This document shows, one piece after another, positions 22,496 to 35,800 of a DNA stretch of 64,000 bases. Both the position numbers and the translations under genes were made by a program. The notes beneath the pieces are model-generated. The model made no database searches, had not been told where the DNA came from, and was given only the letters and a program-made list of their open reading frames with translations. This DNA comes from Bilabrum cf. latius (lineage: Eukaryota). The stretch is from positions 248,001-312,000 of the forward strand of contig OZ237773.1 in the NCBI GenBank assembly GCA_965178125.1. The letters run 5' to 3'. Each line of letters begins with the position of its first letter. Within the stretch, counting starts at the first letter, position 1.

Positions 22496-25400
22496 AGTGG
22501 CCGCGATGTTGGCTGCAGGGAGTATCCAGTGAAGGGCTCTCTAGTGAGCTCTCTAGTGAGCTGAGGGAACATGCAGTGGCCGCGATGTTGGCATGTGAGC
22601 CAGGTCGGGGATCTGTGACAGGGTCTAGCGTGTGTACCAGTCATTGCGGTTGATTTCACTTAGAGCAGATTCGATCCAATGTCACTTCCCGCCTCCTGCG
22701 GCTTGCCTCCCTGCCAGCTGCTGCAGCAGGGCCTGCAGCTCGGCAGCCCCTCCCCTGCCCGTCCCCCCTCGCCCTCCCCTGCCCAGCGGCACGGCATCGA
22801 TCTGCTTCAGTGCTGGCAGCATCCTCGGCAGCTTTGTTCTGTACTCCTTGTCCCTGGCAATCGGGTTGTGCTCCAGATAGATCGTGTCCAGGGTGCCCCG
22901 CACTGGGGCAAGTGCCTCGATCTGGGCATAGTCGGCGACGGCATTCGAGCCCAGCCACAAGTCCTCCAGCACGGGGCACTCCTCCAAGCCGCTCAGATCG
23001 GCAATCCCGTTGTTGGTGAGGTCCAGCGTGCTGAGCTTGGGCTTGCGGCCGATCCCGCGCATGCTGGAGATGCCCTGGTGGCCAAGGTACAGCTCCTCAA
23101 GCGCCTCGCATTTCTCGAGCCCCTCGATCTTGGTCAGCCGGTTGCTCTGGAGGTCCAGCCTCCTCAGCTTGGGGAGTGTCTCCAGCCCCTGGATGGTTTC
23201 TATCTTGTTCTTGCCCATCCACAGCTCCTCCAGCTCGGAAAGTGCCTCCAGCCCTTCGATCTTCTTGATCTTGTTCATGCCCAGGTCGAGCTTTCTCAGC
23301 TGCGTGAGGGTCTCGATCCCGCGCATGGAGCGCAGCTTGTTGCTGCAAGCAAACGAGCAAGGCATAAGGGCGTGACTCTGGTTGCGTATGGAACAATTGT
23401 GTGGAGCATGTGAGGATGCCATGAGTGGCACTGGGGGTCCCTCAGTCGCCTCGGTGCGTGCAAGCAGGGCCGGGTGCTCACTTGGCGAGGTAGAGCGTCT
23501 TGAGGTTGACGAGCGCCTCGATGCCTTCGATCGTCTTGATCTTGTTGTAGGACATGTCCAGGGTCACCAGGGACACCAGCGGGGCGATGCCTTCCAGTCG
23601 GCGAATCTGCGCGGGGGTTGGTGCGAGCGCGGGCAGGTGCCGTGCAGAGGTGGCTCGCTTCCGATTTCTCCCCTGGGAGGGTTGCGCTGCGAATTGCGGC
23701 GACTATTACTGCAGCGGCTGCACTTGGTACAGTCCTTACTCTATTTTCGTATAATTCCAGGTGCGTAAGCTTGGTAAGATGTTCCATCCCTTGCATTCTA
23801 TCGATCAGGTTGGAACGCAAGCACAGGTAGTCGATGCCGGGGACCGCCTCGAGACCTTCGATGACGGAAACCTTCTTGCCCATTGTTCCCACATAATCCA
23901 ATTTACCGTGCTTGGCCGCGTCTTCCAAGGAAACTACGTCGCCTGGGCGGACCACTTCGGGTGCTGGCTCATCGTCTGCTCCGGACCCTGCGTCCGCCCC
24001 GCCGGCTGCTCCGCCAGCTTCTTCTTTTCCGGACGACGCAGATGCAGCCACTGCGCAATCATCTCCGGATGCTGCAGGCGCCGTAGCGGCCGTTCCTGCA
24101 GCTCCAGCCCTGGACGCTGAAACCACCTCTACCTTGCCTTGCGCAGCGAGCTTCTCCATCGCCGCCGGGTCGCTCAGATCAATCACGCTCATGCCCGCGA
24201 AGCGCTTCTCACCACCTGCACCCTCACCGGGATCACTCCCAGCAGCCGCCATTCGCCACTTGTCGCGAGAAAGTGCGAGCAAATCGGCGAAGGTCAGTGG
24301 TGGGGGTGTGATGACTATTCTGCAGGGCCATTGGCAATGCACACGTGCTTGCAGCTTACTCGCTTGGGGTGGTAACAAGGTTTAAGAAGTGTAGACAGGC
24401 CAGCCGCAAGCGAGTACATCTGATCCAGCGGTGGGCATGCCGTGCTGGGCCATCATCGCCCCCTCCCTTCCCATCGACAGAATTGACAACCACAAGTTGA
24501 AGGCCGGACAGGGGCGGATGGGCCCAGCCGTAGGGGCACCTGGCTCCTCTGTACAGACTCGACAGGCCATCATGTACACATTGTGCGGCTGCATGCGACT
24601 ACCTTCTCCTCAATGTTCAGCGACCGCCAAATATGAAGATGATTGCGCGTAAATAAGCCAAAGTTGCGATCAATATATTTTCAGACCATATTTAGATCTG
24701 CTTACGAGGCCGTGGGACTCGATTGGGTCTTGGGTTTTGGGGATATAATTCGCGAGGGTACCAGCCTTTGTTTGTAGTCGAAGCCTCTTCGACAGGTTTA
24801 GGTGCAGCGCTGCGTTCACAAAGGACCCTTTTGCGTCTACGCAAACATTATTTCTTGCCCACCAGCGATTTTAAAATCACAAACATACCTGCTCAAGTTG
24901 CATTGATTTGCAATGAGCGAGCGCGACCGCATGCCATCGTTCCGAAGCGGTCTGCTGGTTGCCGTTGCAGGCGCCGCGCTGTCGCTGCATCGCACCCATG
25001 CTGCCTGTGACTTTGTTGGGATCCAAACCAGATTATTACAACCAGGCCAATGGACCTCGATCGAATGCGGGGAGGGCACGGGGCTGCCGCAGCCAGGCGA
25101 CGGCGCCAACCCGAAGGCCTGGGCCACAGCTCGAGGCAACTGCGAGCACTGCAGCGCAGTGACGCTGCACCTATCCCACGGGCAATCATGCGACCTCGAT
25201 CCTTACGATAGCGAGCACGAGTCGCTGTGGAGCGCCCCCCTGCTGCCACCGTAGCTCCCACCCGCCCGTGAGCGAGCACCCCTGGGAGCAGGTGCCTCGC
25301 GCATATTGCCAGAGGCGAGCATTCACGGGGTTGCGTGTCCTGTTGGGACGGGGGAGGGCGGGAGGACCCGGTGCTGCCTCCAAATAAAAAACGGAATGGA

Positions 25401-26646
25401 CCTGGGGAGCAGTAGCGTGCACTTTCCGCGGGCGTTGATCGGAACAGAGGACGAGAACGCCGCGGCGTTCCGTGGCTGCTCGTACGGCGTGGGTGTGACG
25501 ATTACGGGGTCAAGCGACTTTCCGCGTGCGGTGCTGCACTGCACGGCAGTGCAGTCCCAGCGGAAGCTGAGCGGAACCATCGTCGGTCTGCGCGGCGCCG
25601 CCAGCATCCGCGTCGGTCTTGGCTCGTCACAGTGCGATGCTTTCGATTCCGGGTCCTCTACCCCGGACGGCGTGTCGGGCAGCCGTCTGCGCGTGGCAGC
25701 CGGCCAGGAGATCGCGCTGGACCAGGCCCTTGGTGTGACCCAGGGGAGGTCAGCCGCCTGCCTTGTGGTGGACTGCCTGGCGCTTGGGGGTGTGACGAGT
25801 GGGGGTGCGGATGCCGGAGGGGGGTCGTCGTCTTCGTCGTCGTCATGGGCCAACGGTGGAGGTGGTCCGATCGGCAACGAATGTTCGGTGAGGTTCACGG
25901 GAGCGGTCCGCTCCATCCTCGCCACCCCACTGCCGAGCGCCACGCCTGCGGCGCAATCCCAGACGCAGCTGTCCGCAGGGAACCCCACCTGGGGCATATC
26001 GATGCGGGGGTACTCAGACGGCGCCAGGGAACAGTGGGTGGCCAGATCGGACGCTGGGACGCGGGTGCTGGTGACGTGCCTGAGCATAGGCACGGAGCCT
26101 GGGTTCGACATGGTGCGGGTGTTTGACGGCGAGTCGCCCAGGCAAAGTACTCGCCTGGCGGAATGGAGCGGGGACAGCTGCGGAACCGGCGCCGCGGCGT
26201 CGGTTGTAACCGGGAGAAACGCCGTCTCGGTCACCTTCGAGGCGGACGGGGAGGTGTCTGGGAGCTTCAGCGGATTTTCGCTCCGAGTCGAGCGGCTGGC
26301 CGCCCCCAGCCCCAGCCCGCGGCCCAGCGCATCGCCCGCCGCGCAGCTGGAGACTCTGGGCCAAGAGTTGCTTGTGGGCGGTTCCGCTGGCGCGGCGCCG
26401 GGCACCGCGGCGAGTCCCGGGTCGGGGATGGCGAGCTGGCAGCGGTTCCCGGTGCTGGCCGCGCTGCCCAGCGGGGGCGACGTGGATATATCCGTTGAGC
26501 TGCAGGGGCTGGAGGGGGACCCGAGACGGACCTGGCTTGACCTGGTCGCCGGGGAGGAGGAAGAAGGTGGGCAAAGTGGCCTCGTCTGGAGGCGGTACGC
26601 CGGCGAGTCCGCCGCTGTCAGTGAGTCTGCTGCTGCAGTGCCTCTG

Positions 26647-26678
<32 letters not shown>

Positions 26679-28025
26679 AGAAGAAGAAGAAGCAGCGGCA
26701 ACGGTTGCTGCCCCGTTCGCTCCGGGGCGGGCCGTGGTGTCGGGAGGCACGGCTTCCCTTGTTCTCTGGCAGGAGGCCGGGGCGGCGCAGAACGCAAGCT
26801 TCTTGGCGCGGGTCACGTCGGTTGCAACCGGCAGCGTGGGGAGTGTGACGAGTGCGCGACAGGCGGGGCTGTTCCTGGCGCCGGAGCGCGGCGCGAACGT
26901 GACGGCTGCACCTGCCCGGGCGGGTAGCAACGACTGGGTGTCTGTTGGGCTGGGTGGTGTGACGAGTGCCAGCCGGCTTCGGCTGCTGTCTGCTCGCGCG
27001 TGCTGCCTGGTTGCGGATGCCTCCCTGCGAGTGTAGGTCGTTGCTACGGCGGTTACCGGTGCACCCGTGTTGAGTGCCCAGGGAGACTGCTCCGCAGGTC
27101 AGGGAACATGCGTGGGTCTATCTCCGGACTCGAATGCGGCGCTGGCGGTGGACGGTCCCGCCGTGGAGGTCGGGGTGAGGACGCAGCGCATCCCGAGGGG
27201 AAGTGGGGTGCAGCGCATGGTGGTGCAGATGGAGGCATCGGTGCTAGACCTGCCACCACCCGTCACTTTGCCCAACCTGCCCCCCTCGCGACTCGCGTGC
27301 CAGTGCCTCTGCGACTTCAGGGTTGCTGGATACCTCGACTTGGGCAGCAGCAGCGCGGCCTCCTGCGGAACCTGCACACGGACGGCGTGCAGCCAGGAGT
27401 TCGGTTCCGCAGGAGGATAGTGCGCGGCGCCTGCCGAGGTGGAGGCGCGGTGCGTCGCCGGTGCCCTTGGTCTGCCGTCCCCCGCGCCCTCGCCCGCCCC
27501 GGTAGGTGACGCGTGGGCTGGCGCGAGGGGGACGTGGGCGGTGACTGGGACTGCTGTGACGAGTGGGTCTAAATGTGAGATTGCCGGACTGCGCGTGTCT
27601 GGTGGGATGCAGGGAACAGCCTCTGTGCGTGCCACGGTGCTGGGCGTGGACGCTGCGACGTGCGGGAAATCGCTGGGGTCTGGCCACGGGGGCGCCGCGC
27701 AATTGGGAGCGGTTCCGCTCGCCGGAACCACCGCCAATGCAACGGCACGGTCCTACTTGTTCCGACGGGCGGGCTTGGGCGCAAGCGGCGATGTAATGCA
27801 GCTGTCGCTGCAGGCTCCATCCGACGAGGACCCTGGTGCTGCCTCCCCAACCGTGGGCAGCCTGTCGGTACTGAACCCCGGAGCTGCAGCCTCCAGCGAG
27901 ACCGCGACGGTTATCTCATACTCGGTGGCGAAGGTCGCTGGTGCCCGGTCCTCAGGTGATGTGACGAGTGGGTGGGTGGGGCGGTACGAACCCTCGGCTG
28001 AGCCGGGGTCGTGCCGGGGAGACGG
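22496..28025. repeat. Apparently identical direct duplication of 16766-22295 (offset 5,730 bp) flanking the gap; probable assembly artefact
   Basis: The ORF track repeats exactly at +5,730 and I saw no differences. One end lies in the minisatellite and both copies abut the N-gap. Confidence 0.9.
22682..24252 (-). CDS. sds22: SDS22-like LRR protein, duplicate copy
   Basis: Matches 16952-18522 shifted by 5,730 bp. Confidence 0.7.
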
Positions 28026-28737
28026 GACGCCGGGCTGCTGCTGCCCGGGCGCCTGGTGGGTCAGCGAGGGTGTGACGAGTGAGGGCGACAGCGTTTATTT
28101 TTAGGTGGTGGAGTCGCCCCGCGTGAACGGCAGTAGTGACGAGTGCGGAGCTCATGCGGGCGGGCTGTTCGGTGCTGTGACGCCGGTGGATGCAGATGCA
28201 GAGGGCTCAGGCAGCGGCGCAGTGCAGATGGAAGCCGTGTGGAGGGGGCGAGGTGCCAAGGTGATCCGAGACCCGGGGCGGGCTGTGCTCGAGGCTGATC
28301 TGGGGGCGGGCTGCTTCTTCCGGCTTAGGCATGTGACGAGTGCGGAAGGGGGCGAGGTGGTGCCCACTGGTGGAGGCGGAGGGGACAGTTCTGGCGGTGG
28401 GAGTGGGCTGGGTGGGGCGGCCCTGGCAGCCGCTGTGGGGGTGCCTGTCCTGGTGCTGGCGGCATGCGCAGGGGCCGGGTGGTGGTGGTGGCAGGGGCTC
28501 TCCGGTGGCTCTTCCGGCGGGGAGGCGGGCCGTCTGAAATCGCTTCCAGGCGACCCCTCCCGGCGGGATCGGATCGGCCGGGCGAGCCAGGGGCGGGCGG
28601 ACCATGGGATGGGGATGGAGGGCCTGTACGGTGACGTGGGGGGGAATGGGGTAGGCAGGGACGTGGTGAATCCGCTGGGAAGTGTGACGAGTGGGAAGAA
28701 TCCGTACGATCAGGGCAGTGCCGGAATGCTTGCTTGA
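24913..28737 (+). CDS. Cys-rich type I membrane protein with a CUB domain, ~1,274 aa, 4 in-frame TAG
   Basis: Signal-like N-terminus (GLLVAVAGAALSLHRTHAAC); CUB motif TEPGFDMVRVFDG...WSG...VSVTFEADGEVSGSFSGFSL; poly-Glu (GAA)n; TM segment AALAAAVGVPVLVLAACAGAGWWWW. Five same-frame ORFs joined by TAG at 25252, 27034, 27418 and 28102; ends TGA. Confidence 0.82.
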
Positions 28738-29826
28738 GTCGGCGAGACATCCTCAAGGGGAAGTCAATAGCTGTAGTACGTAAACAATCTGGATGCACGG
28801 TGCTTCGAGCCCGGCCGCCAAGCTGACTAGGTGACAGGTCCAGCAGGCAGCCATCGGGGCCAGCGCGAGTCTGCGCAAGCAGCTAAACAAGAGCAGGGTA
28901 GAAGCTAGGGGCTGCAGCACAGGTTAGCAAAGCTGCTGCAGAGCGCAGGAAGGCACATCCTGCGCATACCTGCGATCGACTCGGAGCGGCAAATGACTCT
29001 GTTCGCCAAGCTGTGTCGGCCCATGGCCTCCCCAGACGGTGCTGACCGATACTGGTGCAAGCTTCGCAAGCTCACGCTGTCCGCTGTGAAGAAGGCCGCC
29101 CGGTCCAATTTGCGCCGCGCGACTTTGAGGCCACCTTCCAGCTTCGAGGATGTGCTAGACTGCCGAAGGGCCATCGCGTTCCTCTCCATGCCGGAGGATC
29201 CCTTCAGCCACCCGTCACTACGCCGTCTCTGTAGTGCAGCAGCTCTCCGACACGAATGTGATGGTGCCTGCCTGGATCCATAAAGGATGCAGGGCCTGTG
29301 GCATGATCCATGGATTGTTGGAGGTCGGATGCAATGAGACACATATACAATTTATCGCAAATTCAGTAGTATCACGGCCCGGGATCGCAAGTACCCTGGC
29401 TCAAAATCAGACGCCCGGATTGCACACCACACCATGAACCATGCAGGCAGCTGCGCTTGGCAGCAGGTGGTGTCCATCACCAAGTGCGTCTGAATGTCCA
29501 GTGTCTAGAGCCGCTCAAGTCTAGATGTAACTGGAGACTACCTAGAAGCCGGGGGGCTTCCGGGCTCACAAATTCGTCGGGTGATCCGATCATTGCCTCG
29601 CAACCACATGGTGATATAGATTTCACAACTCCCCAGGCCTCTTCTTATTCCTCTTCTGTCCAACGTGCCCACTGGCACTCTCCTTGCGCATGCCTCGCTG
29701 ACTGTGCCCAACCGCTTACTCCTGCGCTTCGCTGCGCCGCACGCGTTCTTTGATACTCTCTACACGTCTAGCGGGTGCTATGCACAACACGAGACCTTGG
29801 TCTAGAAGACCACACTGGGATTTCTA

Positions 29827-32800
29827 TCAATCAGTGACCTGCAGTTGGATCCCCTTCCCTGCTTCTCGTCCTTCGTGACTTGTGCCTTGGCTCCTCTGCT
29901 CCAACAGCGTCCCGAATCCGACTGAGACACTAGCAGCCGTAGCAGACCCCCCAGCTGCCCGCACGGGGGATAAACTCTTTCCCGGCTTGAGACTCTGCCG
30001 AGTGTCTGGATTTGGCCCTTGCACGTGTTTTCGTGCTGCCTAGCCAAGTACGCCAGCCAGCTTCTGCGGACGGGCTATCTTCTGGCTAACCCGAGGAGGA
30101 GACGGCCGGGTCTCTCGCATTGCTGTTCGGCGTTTGTCCTCACCACGTACCAGCCACAGGGTTACTACAAGGCACAGCATGGCCACGAAGTTGACTAGAC
30201 ATAGGATCACTGTCACTAGCGCGCCGGTCGTGGCGAGCTGATCGCGCATCGTAGTAGGTGCTTCCTCATCGCCAATGGCGATCGTGCTGTTCCCGGGACT
30301 CGTGATATTACCAGCATTATTGTCACTTTCTTCTTCGAGAGTCTATGACGTCGATGACCCCGCTGCCTCAATTTCGGCCTCCTCCTCGAGCACCAGGTCC
30401 TCGCTGCGCAGGTACAGCACCGACAGGATCTGGGTGACGGTGACTGCTGCCAAGCACAGGGTCTCGATCCGGTTGAAGGCCTCCTCTTTGAAAGGCAAGT
30501 ACTACGAATGGAGCACCAGAGCTAGCACCGACACACAGATTGAGAATAGAACGGCGTTGTAAGGCTCCTTGATGAGCGACCCGATGGCCACGATGGCCAC
30601 CTTGCGCACCATCCCGATGGCCTCCCACCACTGCAGGCCCCTTTCCGTGTTGTACCCCTTGTACAAGAATCCGTACTGCTCGAAGAACACGTCATCATTG
30701 TCCAGCCGATACTGTGAAACACGTGACAACATGATACCCACCGCAACCGGCAGGCCAAGTCCCAACACTAACAGCACGAGCCCTGCACCGGCCTGCAATG
30801 CAACGTGATCTCCAACGTAGCACTCCACTCGCAGGTCCCTCTTCAGGTAGACTCGACCCCCGATCGGATCGGGAAGGCAGTCAAACACCGACAGTGCCAT
30901 GGAGGACACCACAGCGTACGAGAGACACACCACCAGCACGGCAGTCCCCAAGAAGCGCAGCCCGACGAAGTAGTCATACACGGCTGCGAATGGGCTTACC
31001 TTACCCTTGACTGCATGAATTGATGTCCGGCGCGACATCCAGGGGGATGAGCCTGAGTCCGGAGAGGCTGCGGCGGCTGCGGCTAGACTAGGCCTAACTG
31101 CCTTACCGCTCCGAATCCCGCCGCCTACTGAGCCTGCATCTGGTGAACCCCGTAGCTGCTGCATCGACATGGGGTTAATAGATCTGAACGAGATGCTCGG
31201 CGGCTCCTCTGTTGGCTATGGAGCAGGCGTTGGTAGCAGCTTTTGATTCGTGTCGTGTCGGATGCATAGGACAAGATTGCACAGCCCACTTAGGTCCCGA
31301 TGTCTGATCTTAGTCCCCGAGCAAGCCTCCAACGAGAAGGCCAGCAGGTTGAGCACGATGGCCCCAGCGCTCACCACGAATGGGAAAGCAGCGGCTGTGA
31401 AGAAGATCGCCGAGAACGATGGACGCAATGCGCACTGCAGGGGGCTGCCAGCAAACAAGCTGGCGCCGGCTGTCTCGGTCCATCCAACCAGCATCCGGAA
31501 CGTCTCTGTCCCCTTGGCTTTGTACAGCCCTAAAGTTCCCAGCGCGGTGATGTAGTTCATCCCAATGCGAAAGACGATTCCAAGCCGAGAGTGCTTGTCA
31601 GGCCGCTACAGCACAGCTACATAGAAGAGCCCGAGTGTCATCACGACAATGCCTGATCCAACCAGGCCCCAATTCGTCTGATCATCGTAGCATGGTACGC
31701 ACTCCCCCGGGGTAGAACTGGCTCCATAGTTTAGCTGCTCGTCGCACACGGCGCATAGAGGACCCGTGTGACCCTCTGCACAGCTGAACACGCGGTTCCC
31801 TTGGTCAATCACGCATCCACTGGGGTACAAGCACTCATGAAACTCCGCTGCAGCTGTGATCAGCCTCTCTCCCGTACTTTCGTTTAACAAGGGAGCCGCT
31901 TCGTCGTCTGGCACCAGGTACCATCCCTGCGACGGCAGCGACAGGAGACCGCCTGCGCAGGACGCGAATCCTAGCTCGTCTGGGCATGACTTGCACTGCT
32001 CACCATCCCAACCAAAAGCATAGGACTTTGCTGGACAGTCGTCACACCGAGTTCCTCCTTGCCCTGCGGGCTCCTTGCCCGGACCGCACGGTGTCATTCG
32101 GACGGAAGATTGCAGAGGAGTGCCTGGCAGCTGGATCGACTCTCCTCTGTAGCACGTCACCTCGATCTCGTATGTCGCTCCTGCCCTGCCCAGTGCGGCG
32201 ATGGCGGGCCACTCCACCAGTCCACCTTTGGCTTCTGCTTCTGGGTTGAACAGCATCACGGAAGGATCATCGGACAGCAGCACGGACTCACAACGAACGT
32301 GGATCTCGTCAGTGGCCCTCAAGGGTGGATTCACCACCTGCTGTCCGTCCCAAACCGTCACCACTTCAATTGCCATATAGAAGGGGTCCTAAGATGAGAC
32401 AGATGAAGGTGGTCGTTGCAGCCACTCACCGACCTCCCCCTTCATGTGCACTTGCGCGGCTTGTATTACGGGCTCTCCTCCCTGCGCCCTGGTGCACTCG
32501 ATTTCCAGATTCAGCGACATGCCGTAGTCTGCCTGCAGCACCACTCGATCGATTGGGATCACACCACCTAGATCCAGTACCTACTGCTGAGCAGCTGCGT
32601 CCATGGCATTGATGCTGGGCAGCAGGAGACGAGAAGGTAGCATCGGCACACCCGCAAGCGTCGAGGCGTGCTAGTTGTCAGGATCCATGCCGAGCTGCTC
32701 CATCCGGACACGCCGCCTATCCAGCTGCAGGTCCTCTGTGTCAAGGTCAATCGTGGGCTCATATCCCGTCGCTGGTGGTACCAGAAGCGCAGGTTGTACT

Positions 32801-35800
32801 TCGGTTGCATCTGGTGACCCATCATGCCGACTAGGCCTGGTCCAGCTCCTGACTACATCGTCCAGTAGCCTTACTACGCACTGGGAGGGCACTGGTTTGG
32901 CTCCTCCTAGTGCATCCTTCAGGCTAACAGCTCCTGCCGGACGCAGAGGCAAGGGATTCTGCGGCGTACTCGGCTTCATGATCGTACCCATGGCCTGCAG
33001 GTTGTTTATGCGCAGGTTGGGGACCTGCACGTGCAGGGGTTGTGAGACGACAGAGCGACCAGCCAGCTAGCACTGCACGAACAGCCGCGCCTCCGTGCCT
33101 TCCTCCGCCAGCAACTGCAGGCACATTGTGGCCACGGCCTGCCCCCCGTCAGCGACAGGACGGACTACAGGCCGTGAAACGGTAGCTGCTGCCCCCCCTT
33201 TGAGTCTGGCTACATCCCCGCTAGTCGATGCACCCTCCACGCTCAAGGTGCACGTTGTACCAGATGCCTCCGACCCCGAGAGCGGGAGCTCTTCGCCATC
33301 CAGCGACTGCTTGAACAGTTCGACTGCCACTACATGTGTGTCGCCGTACAGCACCCGCAACGGACTCTGCTCCTACAACTACGGATCTTCAAGGCCTAGG
33401 GCAGCCCTTGTGGCCGCAGGGTCTGTCTCGGGACACGTCAGGGCAAGTGACGGCGATACGTCAACACTTTCCACTGGGGTCCATTGTACCTTGACCTCAT
33501 TCACTGAAATCTCCAGCCTGGCCCCGGTTGACAACATCTTGACTGGCCTGATTTCTGCGCCAGATTGCTACTTGGCTGGTCCATCCTGGGATCGGATGGT
33601 ACCTGTCGTCAGCCAGTCACACCGAGCATCCACATGCGTCATTGTGCCAAAGTCCGCAGCAACTCCCAGAGAGTGCACCTGGGCAATCGACGGCAGGCCC
33701 CACCCGCCGCCGCATGACAAGCCACGAAGCGCCGATCCGACTTCCTATCCTGCCCCAATCACCTCTGACATCCACGCAGTCTCATTCAGCGTGCGAGTGT
33801 ACGTCTGTGTCCAGCCCACAAGCTGACCGGCTGCTGGCACGTCCGGGGCATCCGACTCCACCGTGGACAGGCGGACCAGACTGCACCTCATGCGGCCATC
33901 GGCGGCGCACCAGTCCTGTCCCCCTTGCAGCGAGACCCAGGATCCCATGGATCCCAGCTGCCGGTGCCGTAGCAGCAGACGGGCAGCGACATCCTCCGCC
34001 TATGCCACGTCTGCCGATGCGTCCGGCCGACAGCTCACCGCAGATGCCACCTGTCCATGGACCGATGCATCCATGGATAGTCCGGGCCACCGGTCCGTCA
34101 CGTTGCAAGGCAGCACCAGGGTCACCACCACCTCGGGGACCGGCTGGGCTGCCTGCAGCTCGGGGTTGTTCAGCACGAGGTCAGGGGCCTGGCCGCTGAG
34201 GATGAAGCTCCTGTCCACGCTCGGCATAGCCACCGCCTGCACCACCTCGCTTGTGCCCTGTCCGGCGCCATGCTCGGTCGATGTGGTGAGCAGCTCGTGC
34301 GCCACATCCACCCATGCATCCCATCGGCCCAGCCGTGGCCTGCCTGCCACCCGCCATCGCACCACAGTGGGAGGCACCACGGCCAACAGATCCGTCTCCG
34401 TGGCATCCTCCAGCACCTGCGAGAAGCCGTCGCCCGTGATCCACCGGACTTCGAAACGCAGATACGCGGCGCCGCCTCGATGCAGGGCGTCCGATGCATC
34501 ATCCCGTCTGCCCATGGCCAGTCCTACGCCGCGGAAGGACGTGCACCACATGCCGGACAGACCGCACTCACGCAAGTCTCTGCTCTTCGTAGCGTTCACC
34601 AGCACCATGCCGTCTGCCGGGACGGGCAGGCGATCATCAGCGGATGCGCGATCGGCCACAAGCCGAGGATACTGCAGGCCTGCGGGCCATCGGGACACCG
34701 CGGTAGACCGGGACACCGCCGCTAGTCTCACGTATGACAGCACCTTGCTGGCCTGTCGAGCGTCCAGTCGGGATGCATTGGGACTCCAGGCTGACTGATT
34801 GCGGTCCTGCGTGTCCAGCTGCAGCAATCCCGCGAATGGCGATCGACTGTGCATCCTCACGGCAGGTGCCGGCACCATCTCCAGGACTTGCTTCCCTGGC
34901 AGCAGATGACCCACGACATCCTGCCCCACCGGCGGCGGGTCATCGCCCGTGGTGTCAGACCACGGGGCCAGCACCACCACGGGCTCCTGGCTGTCGGTAG
35001 ATGCAGGACCAGTGATGGTGTGTTGGGTCTGCATAGACAGACCCTCTAGCGCCTGCTCCCGCATGGCCTCGCGATCCAGCTGCACGTGGATGGGCAGCAC
35101 GTCTGCACGCAACAGCGGCCTGGATCCGGCCGGTGCCCGCATCACGTCGTACCTGCCTCCCCACGTGCACCTTGCACCCAGCACCACGGACGCCGACGAG
35201 CCAATGCCTGCAATCCCCACGAACGGGAACTTGATCCGAGCCAGAGCACGCCTTGCAGGAAGAACAGCCACCGTGCTGCCCACAGTCCGCAGCTCCTCTC
35301 GAGCGGCAGCCAGGCCTGCAGGTCCAGGTCCTAGACGGGCCTCATCCCACGCCCCGGCGGCATCCTCGGCATCCAGTGCCACGTGGGATAATGAACCGCC
35401 CAGGATACTGCCATTCATTGTGCCGTGGCCTGGATCAACCCAGTCAGCTTGACCACGCCACGTCACATTGCCCACCAGTCTTGGCGACTGCAAGCTTCCC
35501 GACGCTGCGGCATCGGCGGCGTTACCTGTCTTCCAGGGAGCCCATGCCTCGACCTGCAGCGTGCATGATATGTCCATGGAGCTCCTGGACAGGCGCGATG
35601 CGGGGATCCCAGGCACCTCCAGCACCACCTCCGGCGGCGGCTGCAGAGGCTGCACTCCGTCCTCGGATGATGACGTGCTGGGCAGGGCAGAGGGCCAGGA
35701 TGGCAGTGATGCCGCATCTCTGGGCATGGGATCCAGGAAGGGCAGACCTGTCACAGGGACGTCCTGTCCGCTCCTCCCTGCCGATGCCTAGCTGATGAGC

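Noticed and set aside
16766-28025. Real tandem duplication of the SDS22 and CUB genes
   Set aside because: The copies appear identical, both abut a round 200-N gap and one begins inside a minisatellite, which is typical of unmerged overlapping contigs. Read depth or long reads are needed; a very recent duplication is not formally excluded.
28740-29283. Short + strand frame (ORF 28993..29283, extendable upstream through TAGs) ending in TAA
   Set aside because: No recognisable domain and no convincing start; could be a gene remnant but is unsupported.
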